A stretch of DNA of 62,388 nt from the NCBI RefSeq assembly GCF_006345805.1, contig NW_021832140.1, positions 1 to 62,388 of the forward strand, read 5' to 3'. This document shows, in pieces, positions 41,182-56,379 of the stretch. The translations under genes and the position numbers were made by a program. The notes under the pieces were generated by a model that did not search any database, was not told where the DNA came from, and saw only the letters and a program-made list of their open reading frames with translations. This DNA is from Octopus sinensis. Its lineage: Eukaryota. Every line of letters begins with the position of its first letter. Positions within the stretch are counted from its first letter, which is position 1.

Positions 41182-41360
41182 CATTGCTATGATGCTCCCC
41201 CACACGGCTATGATGCTCCCCCACATGGCTATGATGCTCCCCCCCATGGCTATGATGCTCCCCCACATGGCTATGATGTTCCCCCACATGGCTATGATGC
41301 TCCCCCACATGGCTATGATGCTCCCCCACATGGCTATGATGCTTCCCCACATGGCTATGA

Positions 41361-41361
<1 letters not shown>
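41182..41361 (+). repeat. 21-bp minisatellite, 8 full copies plus a partial copy
   Basis: Consensus catggctatgatgctccccca, ending directly in (ATT)n. Confidence 0.95.
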
Positions 41362-41447
<86 letters not shown>

Positions 41448-42233
41448 GCCTTTGAGCTTGTAGAAGAGTTGTCTCGCTAGACAAAGTGCTTAACAGCACT
41501 TTATTTTCTGAGTTCAAATTCCGTCGATAAATAAGTACTTGCTGAGAAGTGGGGGGGAGGGTCGAAGTAATAGAATTAACCCTCCCCCGGAACGTACTTG
41601 CCTTGTGCCAAAATTTGAAATCGTTAGAAAGTGAACTGGTAGAATCGTTAGCAAGCCGGAAGAAATGCTTAGCAACATTTCGTCCGTTTTTACGTTCTGA
41701 TTTCATATTCTGCTGATATCGCCTTTGCTTTCCACCCTTTTGTGGTCGTTAAATGAAATACTAGTCAAAAATTAGGGTCGATTCAATCGATTTAGCACCT
41801 CCTCCAAACCTGCTGGCCTTGTACCAAAATTTGAATCCATTATTATTCTTGTTTATAGAAGTAGTAGACGGAAAAGAAAGGGAGGAGGAGATATACATAT
41901 TTGATGATGGTATTAGTGGTTGGGGCTACTTTTGTCAGTAATTGTGGTATGTCTCGTGGCTGTGGTGAATGGCGTTTACAGTTGTGAGGTTCCCTCTCAA
42001 TCTGTATTCTTCACACGATTGTCATTCCATCGTCATCATTATCATCATCACCGTCACCACCAGAGCCGCCATCCTAATCGTAAAACTTCAACATCCAACA
42101 TCTCACTCCGCTCCTTCCACAACCACACCATCCACGGCCACAACCACCAGCAGCAGTAACTGCCAACCGACAGCCGCAGCATCAGCAGCAACATCAGATT
42201 CACCGTTAGAGTCGTAAGCAGTCATTCTCTCAT

Positions 42234-42290
<57 letters not shown>

Positions 42291-43115
42291 GTCGTCGTCG
42301 TCGTCGTCATCGCCATTGTCGTCGTCGTCTTGGTCGTTGTTGTCATCGCCATCACACTCTACTAGTGTTACCCACCTTCTCCTCATTCATTCTCATCTGA
42401 TAGCACTAACAACAGCCTCATTCATCATCATCATCGTCATCATGGCCGTCACTACTACAACCACCGTTACCATTATCAACATCCTACCTTTGTTTCCTCT
42501 TCCCCTCTGTCTTCTACCCTCGACCACATCATCTGATTGCACCAACAGCAGCTGCACCATCTCTGTCACCATTAACAGCAGCTGCACCAACTCTGCCACC
42601 ACTAACAGCAGCGACACCAGCACCAGCAGCAGCAGCACGAACAGCAATTATCACAAATCTAAACTTACGGCAACGAAAACAGCAAGTTTAACGTTAATAG
42701 TAATGGTGGTGAAAAAATAATATGACAGAAATATAACAAAAAATAACCGATTCAAAATAACAATAAAAGAAAGGAGAGAGAGAGAGAGAAAAAGGAAAAG
42801 AGAGTAAGAGAGAGAGTAAAGAAAAGAGAGGAACAGAAAGAGAGGCGGTGAGAGGGAGAGAGGGAGAGAGAGAGCCGAAAGAGTGGTAACGGCGATAGAA
42901 ATGGCAAAGATGTGAAAGAAGGAAGCAATAAAACACTCCATCTGAGCAGCAGCGGCATAAGCAGCAGCAGCAGCAGCAGCGGCAACAGCGGAGCAGCGGC
43001 AGCAACGGCAGCAGCAGTGATAGTCATTAGAATATTAACAGCTGCAGCAGTAAGAGGAATAATTCCACCATCAGAACCATTAGTTAGAGAGAAAAGAAGA
43101 AAAGAAACGAAGTTC

Positions 43116-43167
<52 letters not shown>

Positions 43168-43439
43168 GTGGAAAATGGGAAGAAAAACGAAAATAAAAGC
43201 AAAAGCCTTGCAGCAACGCTGAGAAAAACAATAGAAAACTGTCGGCAATAACATCAACAACATCATCGTCATCATCATTATTAATAACGTTTTGTTTATT
43301 AAGCCCAAGTGTTGACAAAAATATCGAGAATGGCTCAAAACATTACAGTGTGTGATTACATGAAAAACAAAACAAATATTAATAAGGGAAATAACCAAAA
43401 ACGAAATAAAACAGATTTCCACAAAATGACGAGACTTCG

Positions 43440-45010
43440 TGGGTTACTCGCAACGGTTACCCTGACCACTAAGGCAAGTGACATCTCCCAGTCGTCTTTC
43501 TCAAACGTCTAGGTGCATACTTAGTGCAAGCCAGATCACTCAGATCATTTTTGCCATTCATGAGGGTTTGATCAAGAGGAAAAGAGTCTATCTCCAGTCT
43601 TTTCAATCTTTTCTGCCACATATCCTCTTTCACCAAAGCCACCGGGTAGATAAATACTGCCTGTCCTTCCCAAGAAAAGCACATCGTCAGCCATAGTATG
43701 TTCAGTCATCCTCTCAGTTGGTGTTTGCATCAAATGGAGCCCCCGACCAGTTGAACTCATCTCTTTCACTGAAAGTGGAAAAGCAGACACTTCAATCTAG
43801 TAAGACGTGAACCTGGACAAGGCATGACGATCAAGCGAATAGATGACAGAAGCAATGGAACCGTTTGTCACTTGGATAACTTTCTCTCAGGCAATTTTTA
43901 GCATACAACGTTGTTGAACGGCATAGACCTACCCCACATCCTGTTGTCGAGCTGCAGACCCAGCATTTCCTGGTTGATTTTTGTTCCTGTCACCACTCGA
44001 TGTGCATTAGAGTATCACTTATCACCTCTATGTGCCTGGTGTCCGACCTTATTACAGTGACTTGGTCTACATATGCCAAGATAGATCACACGCATGGAAT
44101 GCCCTTTCCCCAACGGATCCAGCTTGCACAAGCTACAGGATCATAACATATTGAAAAAAATTAAAGGGAACATTAACGGAGTGGGCACACGATATTGAAT
44201 AATTCTGACAGGTGGCCATTCACTGTAACCTTCGAGCCCAAGTCGCTGAAAATTGCAGTGATCCAGTTCCTAAAGACAGGACCGAAACCGACTGATGTAA
44301 GGACAGAGCCGCCAAGTATTGGTAGTCGATCCTATCGAAAGTTTTCGATTGATCTAAGGTGATGAGGGCCTTACTCATGTCAGGTTTCTTACCCACCAAT
44401 CTTTTTGGCATATCGCATATCGTGGAGCTTTTCTGAGATAGAACTATTCGGGATGGCGCATATTTGTGCTTCACCAAAAAGACTACCGACTACAAGCGCT
44501 AACTCTTGGCTAGCAACTTAGCTAATATCCTGAAATCTGTGTTTCAATTTTTTCTCTTCGACTCACAGAACTAGGATTTCTCCTGTTCTTCCATTTGCGA
44601 TATCTATCGTTTTATGGTTATATGCCCAACAAATCTGACATATAAAAGTAAAGTTAGTAGGGCAGACCCATCATACCAGGGGATTTTCCCCTTGTCCAGC
44701 TAACCAACGTTTTCCATATATCCGAGTCTGTTATCGGTTTTTCTCAACACTCCACCTTCGTTGACAAGAGTCGTAGCAGGTTGTAAAAATAGGCATTAAA
44801 ATTTATCCGGTGATCCTGCCTGTCCCTCGTCCCGAACAGCCCAGCAAAAATACTGCTGAAAAGGTCACATACATCCATTTAGAATCGACTAACTCGCTCT
44901 CATTATGGTCTGTCAAAGATTGAATTACAGCTTTCCTGCCATGCTGCACTTTCACCCTTCGGGATCATCTAACAGCTTTCTTCCTTCGTGTCTTAGATCA
45001 ATCGCCTTGG
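43440..45010 (-). mobile_element. Second, older L1/Tx1-clade LINE relic with large internal deletions
   Basis: Three blocks align to the 11628-13904 copy: 44650-44950 to its start; ALITLDQSKTFDRIDYQYL (44250-44540); and WEGQAVFIYPVALVKEDMWQKRLKRLE vs REGRAIFIILVAMAKEYIWWTRLKGLE. Confidence 0.8.
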
Positions 45011-45354
45011 CTGTGACAATGTTACCTTCAGGAAGAATTGACATAAATGACCAGCAGTTTAGAGACAGTACAGTTCAGAGACTCTACACAACTGCTTCTC
45101 CAGTCCAGGAGTAACAACATACAGTTTGAGTTCAGCATGATTGAATTCATCTCTATATGCAGCTCTTTACAGAATAACAATCATTTCTATGTGATTCGAA
45201 CAAACAGAATGTGGCAAAAGCACTGTAGTCGTACTTAGTGTACCCTTATCAGAAGGGTAGTCATGAAGGGTATACTAGGCTTCATATATTTTACCCCAGT
45301 GTCACTTTGATAGCATGCGCTGCTCTCTCACTCAATAATAATAAAGCTTATTAA

Positions 45355-45650
45355 ACCCGGAACTACCAAGCCAATGTGATAAAAAATGGAGCTGACCCAA
45401 AATGCCGATCCTGAAACGATGAGATCTTAACTATAGACCACCTAATCTCAGTGTGTAGAGTCTTACTACCTGTAGAATATAAAGCAAGAAATGACAGAGT
45501 CGGCCAGTATTTACACTTGTCAATATGTCGGCATTATAAAATCAAAACCGCTGACAAATGGTATATACACCATCCTGTGACTGAGGGAGAAAATGTGTCG
45601 ATTCTCTGGGACTTCTCCGGACATACCGACAAAACTATAATACAGAATTG
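45355..45650 (+). mobile_element. R4/Dong-clade LINE fragment (CCHC region)
   Basis: TRNYQANVIKNGADPKCR...TIDHLISVC..L...EYKARNDRVGQYLH...WYIHHP...ILWDF..HTDKTI. Confidence 0.82.
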
Positions 45651-47130
45651 ATCCGAGGAAATCAAAGACTCGGAAAAGTGAACGTCAGACGTGCTAGCTC
45701 ACCTCCATTACTATTTGTACTGGCCATTTGTGACTGGCCATTGGACGATATAAAAGTTTATGTGAAAGATGAGAAACAACTTGAAAATCTTGTACATACT
45801 ATATGTATTTTCTCAAATAGTGTAGGAAGAGTTGAAAGAAGCCAGAGAATTGAAAAGCCAAACGGGCAAACAATGAGAGCGGTTGAGAAAGGACAGTGGT
45901 ATAAGTACTTGGGAATACTGGAAACAGACGAAATAAAAGAAAAATGAAGAAATGAAACAAATGACCAGTGGGAGAGTGAGAAACTTATTGCAGCCAAAGC
46001 TGAATTCAGAAAATCTTGTTGAAGCAATAAATTCAAGAGTAGTATCCTTAATCAGATGTGGAGTTGGAATAATAGACTGGACCAGAAATTAAATAAAGAA
46101 ACTTAACAAGAAAACTAGAAAATTGTTGAAGATGTATGGAGTTCACCATCCGAAATCTGATATCAACCAGTTATACTTGAAGAAAGACTAGGGTGGAAGA
46201 GGCTTAATAGCAGTAAAAGAATATGAACAGATGGAAAGAAAAAAGTCCAGTGGAGTATTTGCAGAGCAGTACAGAAAATCTACCAAAGGCAGTTAAGAAA
46301 GAACAAGTGATGAATCGTGTAATAAGAGAAAAGGACAAGCATGAAATACAAAGAGGGAACGCTAGAAAGACTGAAGAGAAACTTCTGTATGGTCAATTAC
46401 GGAGAGCTACTGAAGCTGTGGGATAAAATCCTGGACTTGGTTAAAGAAAGGGGCAATCAAAACAAAAAAAAAAGAAAGAAAAAGAAACAGAGAGCCTAAT
46501 TGTAGCAGCCCAAGATCAAGCGAATAAAAACAAACAACTTGAGAAAAAAAAATATAACTGGAGAAAATGTGTCAGAAAAATGTAGAACCTATGGAACTTG
46601 AAACGAGACAGCGACACACATTGTGACAGAATGTTCCAAGTTGGCACAAGAAGAATATAAGAAATGGAGACACGATCAGGCTGCAAAAGTTTTATACTGG
46701 AAACTTTGCCAGAAATGGAGATTTGAAGCTGGAAACAACATGGCACAATCAGCGAGTTGAAAGAGCACGAAACAGTACTAAAAAAAAAGAAAAAAGAAAA
46801 AAGAAAAGAAGAAAAGAAACATATTATCCTATAAAATTTGAAATAAGAAGAATTTCGAGTATGAGAACTGTCAAGGTCGTGCCTATAGTAGCTGGGGCGT
46901 TAGGAACAGTAAGCAAAGATATAGACGAATGGCTAAAGGAGATTGGAATAGAATGTCCTGTAGAGCTCCTACAGAAAGTTTGTCACTTAGAGACAGCAAG
47001 GATTATGAGGAGAGTTCTAAGCACTTGAAAGACTACTGAAAACTTGGAGATACCTAAATTTACAGGTAGTAACCCGCTACCCATATAAATCCTACCACGA
47101 ATAAGAACGAAACTGAGTCAAACCAAATAA
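45651..47130 (+). mobile_element. R4/Dong-clade LINE relic (RT to REL C-terminus plus 3' UTR)
   Basis: PLLFVLAI, LDDIKVY, YKYLGILE, GGRGL, IVAAQDQAI, HIVTECSKLAQEEYKKWRHD, VVPIVAGALG...LLQKVCHLETARIMRRVL; ends in aataataataac. Confidence 0.88.
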
Positions 47131-48029
47131 TAATAACAACAACAACTGCAACAATGGCGTCAGTTGTTACTAAAGCAAATACGCAGTTAGAAAACTTTGT
47201 TGCAATGGTACATGTCATTAATGGCCAGTATATGTCTATTAATGTAGTCTAACACAGACACAAATACATATATGCACACAAGCATTCACTCAGCTTACAT
47301 ACAATCAAACACGCATACGCATGCACATGAATACAAACCACAACCCTACACACATAATCACACTTACACATGTACTTACACATATACTATCATACGCAAG
47401 CATACACACACAATCACACACGCATAAAGGTACACATACACAATCGCACACACTGAAACGCAGATACACAGATAGACACAAACACCCACACAATGCACAC
47501 ACACAGACACACAGACATGTTCTACGTTGATCTCAAACATTAATGTGAGCGATCCCATGATAGTATAAAAGTAGGTAAGTGTATATATGCAGTGTATATA
47601 TGTGTATGCATGCGAGAGTGTGTATGTATGTGTGCGTGTTTGCCTGTGTACATAAGGCTGTGTGTATCTATGTTTGTGTACACATATGTGTATATGCGTA
47701 TGGGTGTGTTGTGGGGTTGCTTGCTTGCATGCATGTGACTGTGTATATGCGTGTGTGTATATATTTATACGTATGGATGTGTGCCTGTGTGTGTATTTGT
47801 GCGCATTAGTATATGGATGTGTGCGCGCATATATGTACGTTTCTGTGTATTTGTCTGTGTGTATGAGTATGTCTGTCTGGGTGTGTGTTTGTGTGTGTGT
47901 ATGTGTCTGTTCTTGCATGTGTGCGTATATTTGCCTGTGTTCACGAGTGTGACTGTGCGTATGTGTGTATGAGTGTCTACAGTGTGTGTGTGTGAGTGTC
48001 TGTGTGTGTGTGTGTGTGTGTTTGTGTGT

Positions 48030-48085
<56 letters not shown>

Positions 48086-49285
48086 ACAAGTGATTGGTCA
48101 GACCAACCTAGACGTGGAAACCTTTTCCACTTATCGTGCACGGATGACTGAAGGCCGACATTTTGGAAAGTTAGTCATTAAGAATTTCTGGCTGTTTATT
48201 TTTGTTATTTTTCTAATTTTTGTTTTCTTGTTTTTTGTGACATTCATCTGCTTCTTTCTAAAAGTTGCTGCCAAAAGTCTACAACACCGTCAAGTCATTG
48301 AGAAAGTTGTTACCAGGAAGCAACATCAATTCCACCGATTCATAAAGCAGATTTTATATGCGCAGACATGGCTGTGTGGTTAAAACGTTGAATTCGCAAA
48401 TAAGAGCTTCCAGTTTCGATTATACGCTATGATACTGTGAGCAAGTTTTTTTTTAAACATAACCCTAAATTGATTGACTTCATATGCGTAGAATTTTGTA
48501 GACAGAGACTCTAGAAAAAACTATATATATATATATATATTTCTTTATTTGTGTAGTAAGGCTACCATTGTCATGTTATCATGTTAAAAAAATATCTTAA
48601 TATCTTCACATGAAACCAATACACAAATAAAGAAATTTTATCCCCTAATGCGGTGTTGAGCACTCACTCTCGTCATTCGAAATTTACGTATGTACACACA
48701 CACACACACACACGCACACATCCCGGTAACTTATCGGTTCGGTGAAAAGAAACCATATATCCATAGAATAAGTATCAGATGTAGGGAAAAACTAAGTACT
48801 GGGGTCGATTTGTTAGACTTAACCTTTCAAGGCTGTGCCACAGCATGGCTGCAGTCCCGTGAGTAAAAAATGTAAAAGATAAAAGATTTTTCTCTGTATG
48901 TCTATGTGTGTATGTATGTATGTATATACACACATACATATACATACACACATATATGTATTATGTATTTCTCCATTCCCTGAGGCGATAAATCTTTCAC
49001 CTTTTAATGTATACACTCACACACACACACACACACACACACAAATATACGTTAGTTTCATTAATAAATGATTCCGTCACTAAGTCATCGAAACCATTAC
49101 GTCCAGGTTCTGGACGTAATGGCTCTCATCTAGATTTTTAACTATTCGGCCAAAAATAAAGAGACACTAGTATAAATATATACACTCACGCACAGAATTT
49201 CATTCATATCTTTATATGGATGTATGAAAACATAGATTTAAGTAGAAGAGTATAGTGTGTTCTTACAGATGGCAGACATATAGAC

Positions 49286-49432
<147 letters not shown>

Positions 49433-49777
49433 AAGATAGAAAAGGTGAGTGAGTGAGAGAGTTTCATATGCAGACGATGTTGATCTAAAAGTCTCCAGAA
49501 GAGAAAAACCAAAGCAGATTGGAAGACATATTTCAAATAGAATGAAGAATTATCAAAGTTATAGAAAGAAAAAAAATTCTCAAAAGTGCTTTATGGAATG
49601 CTCTATGTCTAGAAGTGGTGGAGTGTACCATGTCTAGAATTTGTTTTGTGTAGAGGCATAAAGCCAACAAAGCCAAATGGAAGGGCATAACTCACAAACA
49701 TCCAAAGACATTTACTAAGAAACATGGCTGATAGCACCCAGACAACATATACATAAGTGCTGTTGACGACGACGACA

Positions 49778-49808
<31 letters not shown>

Positions 49809-52800
49809 CGATGACGATGATGATGATGGTCATCATCAGAAGCAGCAGCTGCGGCATCAGCGGCACTTGCAGCAGCAGCTGCGGCATCAGCGGCACTTGC
49901 AGCAACAGCAATGGTAGCAACTAACCTTCATCAGATTTATCAGTAACACAGCTACAACAATAATAGCAACAACAACAACAAAAACAGCAACAGACAACAA
50001 CAACAACACGCAGCAGCAACAATAACAACATTATATTTAAATAATCTTCCTCAGCTCTAATACCGCCATATACTCAATCATCACTATCTACATTGATTAT
50101 AACAATCATTATCACCAGCGCCGCCACCACCATCGTCGTTGTCGTCGTCGTCTTCATCATCATTATTATCATCGTCACCACCGCTACCAACACTATCTCC
50201 TGTTTCCCCCACCAAGACCACTACCACTAACATCATGACAATCAGCCTCTACATCCTCACTATCAAAATTATCACCACCACCATCACCACCATCATCATC
50301 ATTATCATCATCACTAACAGTCATACCTACCTACGTGAGTCTGTGCTACCCACCCATCCATCATCATTATAACTCAGTCCTCGTCATCAGCTTTATTCCT
50401 GACATATATCATTAATGTTTTAGGACCACACACACACAAACACACACACACACACACACACACACATGCACAACACATACACACACACACATACACACAC
50501 GCGCGCGCGCATACATAGACACTGCATATGCACGCACGCAGATTTACTTTTAAGCACATGCACAAATACACACAATTTTGCACTGAGTCATAAAATTATA
50601 TATATATACAAACTCCTGTGTGTATATTTGTGTATATATACGTGTGTGTGTGTATATATATGTATATATATGTATATATATGTATATATATGTATATATA
50701 TGTATATATACTTATAATGTTTATGTATCCATTTAGATATGCATATATGCATAATATAATATTTATACTATCATTTATATATACGTATCCATGTGTATAT
50801 GCGTGTGCACGTCTCTGTACGTGTTTGTGAGTGTAAATATGTACGTGTAGTATTACTTTTAAAGTCACCTCTATCAAAATGCATAAACATATAAGAACGT
50901 AAATGCAAACAATATTTACATACATATATACATACATGCATACATACATACATACATGCATACATACATACACACATAAATGCATACATACATACACACA
51001 TACGCATATGTAAACACATACAATGTCACGCATGCTTACAGATACATATGCTCGCGCACACGCACTCACACACACACACACACGCACACAAAATGCAATG
51101 AGGATCCCAATAACAGAAATTACTAGTCATACATCATTTTATAGATTCCTTGCCATAACACATACACACACACACACGCATACACACATTTACACACACA
51201 CGCACACACAAGCTGTATAAACACATACACATACCTACACGCACATAAACAGATAAACACGTATTCATATACGGACATACACAAACAAATATGCCACCCA
51301 CATATACGTAGACAGACACAGTCGCACAAACAATATAAAATCTCAGGTATAGGCATACAAATACGTAGATAGACATTCTTTGGACTACGCATGCGTAAAT
51401 GTAGTTGTGAAAGTTAACCAGGGGCAATGAAGAGATAAGTGAAAGAGAGAAAGAAGAGGAAGAATTGAAAGAGAAGAAATGTATTAAGAAAGAAGAAAAG
51501 AAGAAAAAGAGAGAAAGAATATAGGAAAATGAGGAAGAAATTTGGATGGATAAAAGTAAAGAAGAAAGGGAAAATGAGGAAGAAGTTTGGATGAATAAAC
51601 GGAAAGAAGGAAAGAAAATAAAAATAAAAAGATAGAATGAATGAGTGAATGAGGAAAAGTTTAAAATGAAGTGACATTCGATGGAAAGAAAAAGAAAATT
51701 TTAAAAAAGAACGAGGACAAAAGTAGGAGAAAAAGAAAAGGAAAATGAAAGAAAGAAAAGGGGAAAATAATGAAGGGAGAACATTCATTACAACAGTTAC
51801 AAGCCAAATTTTTCTCTAAGTTAGTGTTGACATTTTATGTAGAGGCAAATAAAAACTAGAAATAATTATGTAGTGAATGAAAGGAAAAATATTGGTTTGT
51901 TTACGCCTCCGTGACTTGGCGGTTTGGCCTATAGAGACCAGTAGAATAAGTACCAGTCTTTAAAAATTAAGTACTTAGGTCGATAAGTTCCATCAAGACA
52001 TTGCTCCAGTATGGCCGCAGTCCAATGACTGAAACAAGTAAAAGATAAAAGAGAAAAGATTAGTCCGGAGGCAACACTGAACATATTAAGCTTCTTATTC
52101 TCACCACATCAGTGTAAAAGATGAATAACAAGATGAGAGAATCACAATCAGGAATAAAAACATTGTACAATGATACATCTGGGTTGCCTAAAGACGCCAT
52201 CTGGATGAATCATAATAGTTAAATTAACGTTTACCTAGCTAGTAAAGGATGCTCATGCCTTTCTTGTTGATATTTAGTAACATAAACATGACTATTCCGG
52301 CGAGAAAATGTAGCTTATCGTTTGTTAACGAATATATTTAAACCATTCCCTTTTGTGAAGATGCGTGGCATTAAGGTAAAAGAGTTGTACTCACGATCAG
52401 CGTAAGATCATGGTTCCGATCGCTGCACCGGACAGTGTATTGTGTTCTTGAGCGAAACACTTCATTTCACTTTGCTGCAGTTCATTCAACTGTAAATGAG
52501 TTCCAGTAATAACTGGGAAATTAATCCTGCATTTGGACCGGCATCCCGTCGATATATGTTGGGGGTGGGGGTATTGTAATCTCAGTTATTTATACTGAAT
52601 TGAACTCCAATATGACTGGAGCTTTGTCGCTCGACATGCGAAAGATAACAACGAAATCCCCCTTAAATCATACGCCTCTATCTTCAGTAAAGGATACATT
52701 TGACAATCTAGTTTCCTGATATAGACAATCTAGTCCTTATAGGTCCCTGAGCTCATGAGAGATCTAAGTCTAAAGCTATCCACCCATAGGCGATGAATTA

Positions 52801-54654
52801 TGGAATAAAGCTACAAAAACTAAACCTCAGTAAATGACTGGTATTCGTTTTATCAATCTATGTTGCCACCTTTGATCGGTGATCCGATTCTCTGTTAAGG
52901 CCTACGCACACTGGAGAGTCACTCAGAAGACCCAAGAGTCTGGGAGTGCAATATTAAGATTTTCATGCTGGAGCTAAATGAATACATTGGCTCCAGCGCA
53001 TTGCTTTATCTTACGGGGTAAGGTGGCTATAATACGACCCTACAATGGCTATTCCCACTTTACTGAGAACAATGGAAAGTAGATTCAATATCAGTGCAGA
53101 ATTTTTAACCTACAAAAATTAAGAGATCGAAGAAAAAATTGATTTCTCACATGGTTAGAAAGTGAACAAAAGAACCTATATGCTGTCGAGGAGCTAGAAA
53201 CAGCGACGCCAACAACAGCAACATCAACTCCAAACGTCAATAAAAACATCGAATAAATCAGACCTTAATTTATTGAATAGAAAATTTAGGGCTGAATCTT
53301 TCAAGATGTCTTCCCCACCACAAGATGTCATGATTTCAACAACCGATAACCGAAGGGGAGATGTGGAAACTAAATTTAACCCCAATAAGGCTAGAATTAT
53401 ATCGCTCGGCATGCGAAAGATAACAACGAAATATTCCTTAAATCATATGGCCCTGTCTTCAATAAGAAAGGAAACATTTGACAATCTAGTCCTTGATATA
53501 GAAAAATGGCAGGAGAGACATGACAGAAAAGTCTTGTGATCCTAAGTTTGCTTGATCAGAGATTACTTACGGCTAAATAATAACAATAATGGCAACTGGT
53601 ACTTTGCATATCCTCAGAAGGATAGAATGTAGGGTCAGTCCTTGAACCTAGAATATTAGTTTCAAATTTTGGCAAAATGCCAAGAATTTCGAGGGAGGAG
53701 TAAGTCAGTTACATCGACCCAACTACTCAATTGGTACTTATTCTATTTACCCCACAAGGGATGAAAGGCAAAGTCAACTTCTGTGGCATTTGAATTCAAA
53801 CCATAAAGACGGGCGAAACGCCGCTAAGCATTTTGCCCGACGTGCTAACAATTCTTGCAGTTCACCGCCTTCTTGAACCTAGACTATTAAGTGATTGAAT
53901 ATTGACTTACATACAATGTTCCCAAAGTCATTGAACGGTGCGGTTATGAACAATTATATCGATCCAGTACGAAACATGGAATTTAACTTATCGATCTCTC
54001 CTCCACCATTGGCTGTAGTGAAGGTGTTGGATGTGAGAATTAAATGGAAACTAACCCTGGCGGAATTTGAACTCAAACTCTTAATTGAAGTAGTTATTGA
54101 TATCTTTGTCTAAAATCCTCGAGTTTGTAATGAAATGGTGTGACTGAGTGGATACACTGGGAGGTCTCCAGTTAGCGTTTGCTCCGGAGCGATGAGAACT
54201 CACCGAATAGAAAGTAGAATGTAAAAGATGAGCGTGAGAATGGCCGTAGCATTAAGAATTTTTCGTTTCACAACTGCGAAGTTTTGAGTTCAAACACAGC
54301 GCGACATTTTGCGCAAAGTCTCTTCTATTATAGCCCAGGGTCAGTTAAAGTCTTTTGACCGACGGAGAAAACGGAGGGTCTGGCGGAGAGAGTGTTTCTA
54401 TTCTCGGAAAACTCTTTCTATTGTTCAGTTCTACACCATTACCCGTTCCTTGAGTTCCGGTAGCTGAACCCCCCCCCCCTCTTGGTCTTTGGGTACCTTT
54501 AGCAGGGTCCATCCTGTTGTAATACTTTGAGCCAGGTCATCAGCTTGAAGATGAGTTTTTCCCTTCCTCCCACATCGTATGGAACCTTTGCAAAGAGTCA
54601 CGGACGAAGCTATTACTGTATATATATACACGCACACACACACACAACACACAC

Positions 54655-54704
<50 letters not shown>

Positions 54705-54740
54705 CACACTTACACGCATATAGACGTACACTTACAAATA

Positions 54741-55668
54741 CTGCGTCATCCCATAAATAATGCGGTTTTTTATACTTCTTTTATTTTTAAAAATTAAGAT
54801 AAGCAAAGTTCTTTTTTAATCTAAAATATACTCTCCTTCATTTTCTATAATGCTGCTCTTCCATCTATCAGGTAGACTTGCAAGGCTCTTCTTCCAAAAT
54901 TCACTTGTGCGTGACGAAATGTACTTATCCAGTACTGTTTTGACCTCTTCTACAGAGTTCATATTTTTTCCGTTCAAATGATTTTGAAGACTGCGGAATA
55001 AATGATAATCAGATGGGGCGATGTCCGGCGAATATGGTGGGTGAGGCATCGTTTGGAATCCAAACTGTTCCAGTCTTTGGAATGTCATCCTTGTTGTATA
55101 TGGCCAAGCATTATCTTGACGGAAAAATACCTTTCGTCTTGAAACCAAAGATGGTCGTTTTTCTTCTAGCGCTGACTTGAATGACTAGTTGAATGACCAA
55201 ATCCAAGCTTCTCTGCTAGTTCCTCAACAATTACGATGGGATTTTGTTCCACCAGAGTTTTTATGACGTCCTCGTTGAGTTCTACAGATCTTCCAGGACG
55301 AGGCTCATCTTTTAGGTTGTAGTTTCCGGCTCAGAATTACTGGAAACTACGTTGACACTGGCTTACGTTCAGTGTCCGATTCCCATATACTACATTAATA
55401 TTCCTTGCACTTTCCGTTGTGCTGTTGCCTTGATTGAACTCATAAAGCAAAATATGCTGAATATGCTCCCTTGTCACTTCCATTATAGCTTTGAAAAAAT
55501 AAACTGTTAAAAACGAACTGCACTCTTCAAAAGTTGCACTAAGAATAAATACAGGGTGAAATTACTAACTGCCTTTATAGCACGTTGATGCAGATAGTTT
55601 ATCCTGTCTCCCTCTGACTTTTAGTTCATGCAATTGAAAAAGACCACATTATTTATGAGATGACCCAA
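54741..55668 (-). mobile_element. Mariner transposon with both TIRs and TA TSD, internally deleted
   Basis: TIRs ctgcgtcatcccataaataatgcggt (54741-) and accacattatttatgagatgacccaa (-55668); TA at 54739-40 and 55669-70. Peptides MEVTREHIQHILLYEF and QDNAWPY..HPPYSPDIAPSDYHLFRSL. Confidence 0.92.
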
Positions 55669-55919
55669 TATATACACATACATGCATGGACACACACATG
55701 CATACCTTTCTACATACATATATGTACTGTACAGGCTCATACAAACATACACACATGCATACATAAGATATAAATACATACATACATACATACATACATA
55801 CATACATAGGTGCGTGCATACATGCATACATACATACATACATACATACATACATACATACATACATACATACATACATACATACATAGACGCAGACAGT
55901 TATGTATACATGCACATAT

Positions 55920-56225
55920 GGAACTACGTCAGTTAAGACGACGATGATTCCAGATGATCCGATCAACTGAACCACCTGCTTGTTAAATTAGTGTGCAAGT
56001 GGCTGAGTACTCCACAGACACGTGTACCCTTAACGTAGTTCTCAGGGGAAATTCCGCGTGACACACAGTGTGACAAGGCTAGCCTTTTGAAATACAGGTA
56101 CAACTCATTTTTGCCAGCTGATTGGACTGGAGCAACGAGAAATAAACGCGACGCCGGGAGTTGAACTCATGACCTTACGATAGTAGGCCGAACACCCTAA
56201 CTACTAAGGCACGCGCCTTCACTAC
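55920..56225 (-). mobile_element. tRNA-derived SINE, same family as 19690-20030
   Basis: Reverse-complement match of the tail (gtgcaagtggctgagtactcc...gtacccttaacgtagttctc) and a tRNA-like head. Confidence 0.8.
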
Positions 56226-56342
56226 ATGTATATATATATATATATACATATAAGCAAGCATACAAATAACATACACTTACTTGCATGCACACCTTTGGAG
56301 ATACACATATACATACATACACATATTCGCACATATACATAT

Positions 56343-56379
<37 letters not shown>

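Noticed and set aside
41116-41463. HGYDAPP-repeat protein
   Set aside because: A 21-bp minisatellite inside a dispersed repeat, running into (ATT)n; all frames are open simply because of the period.
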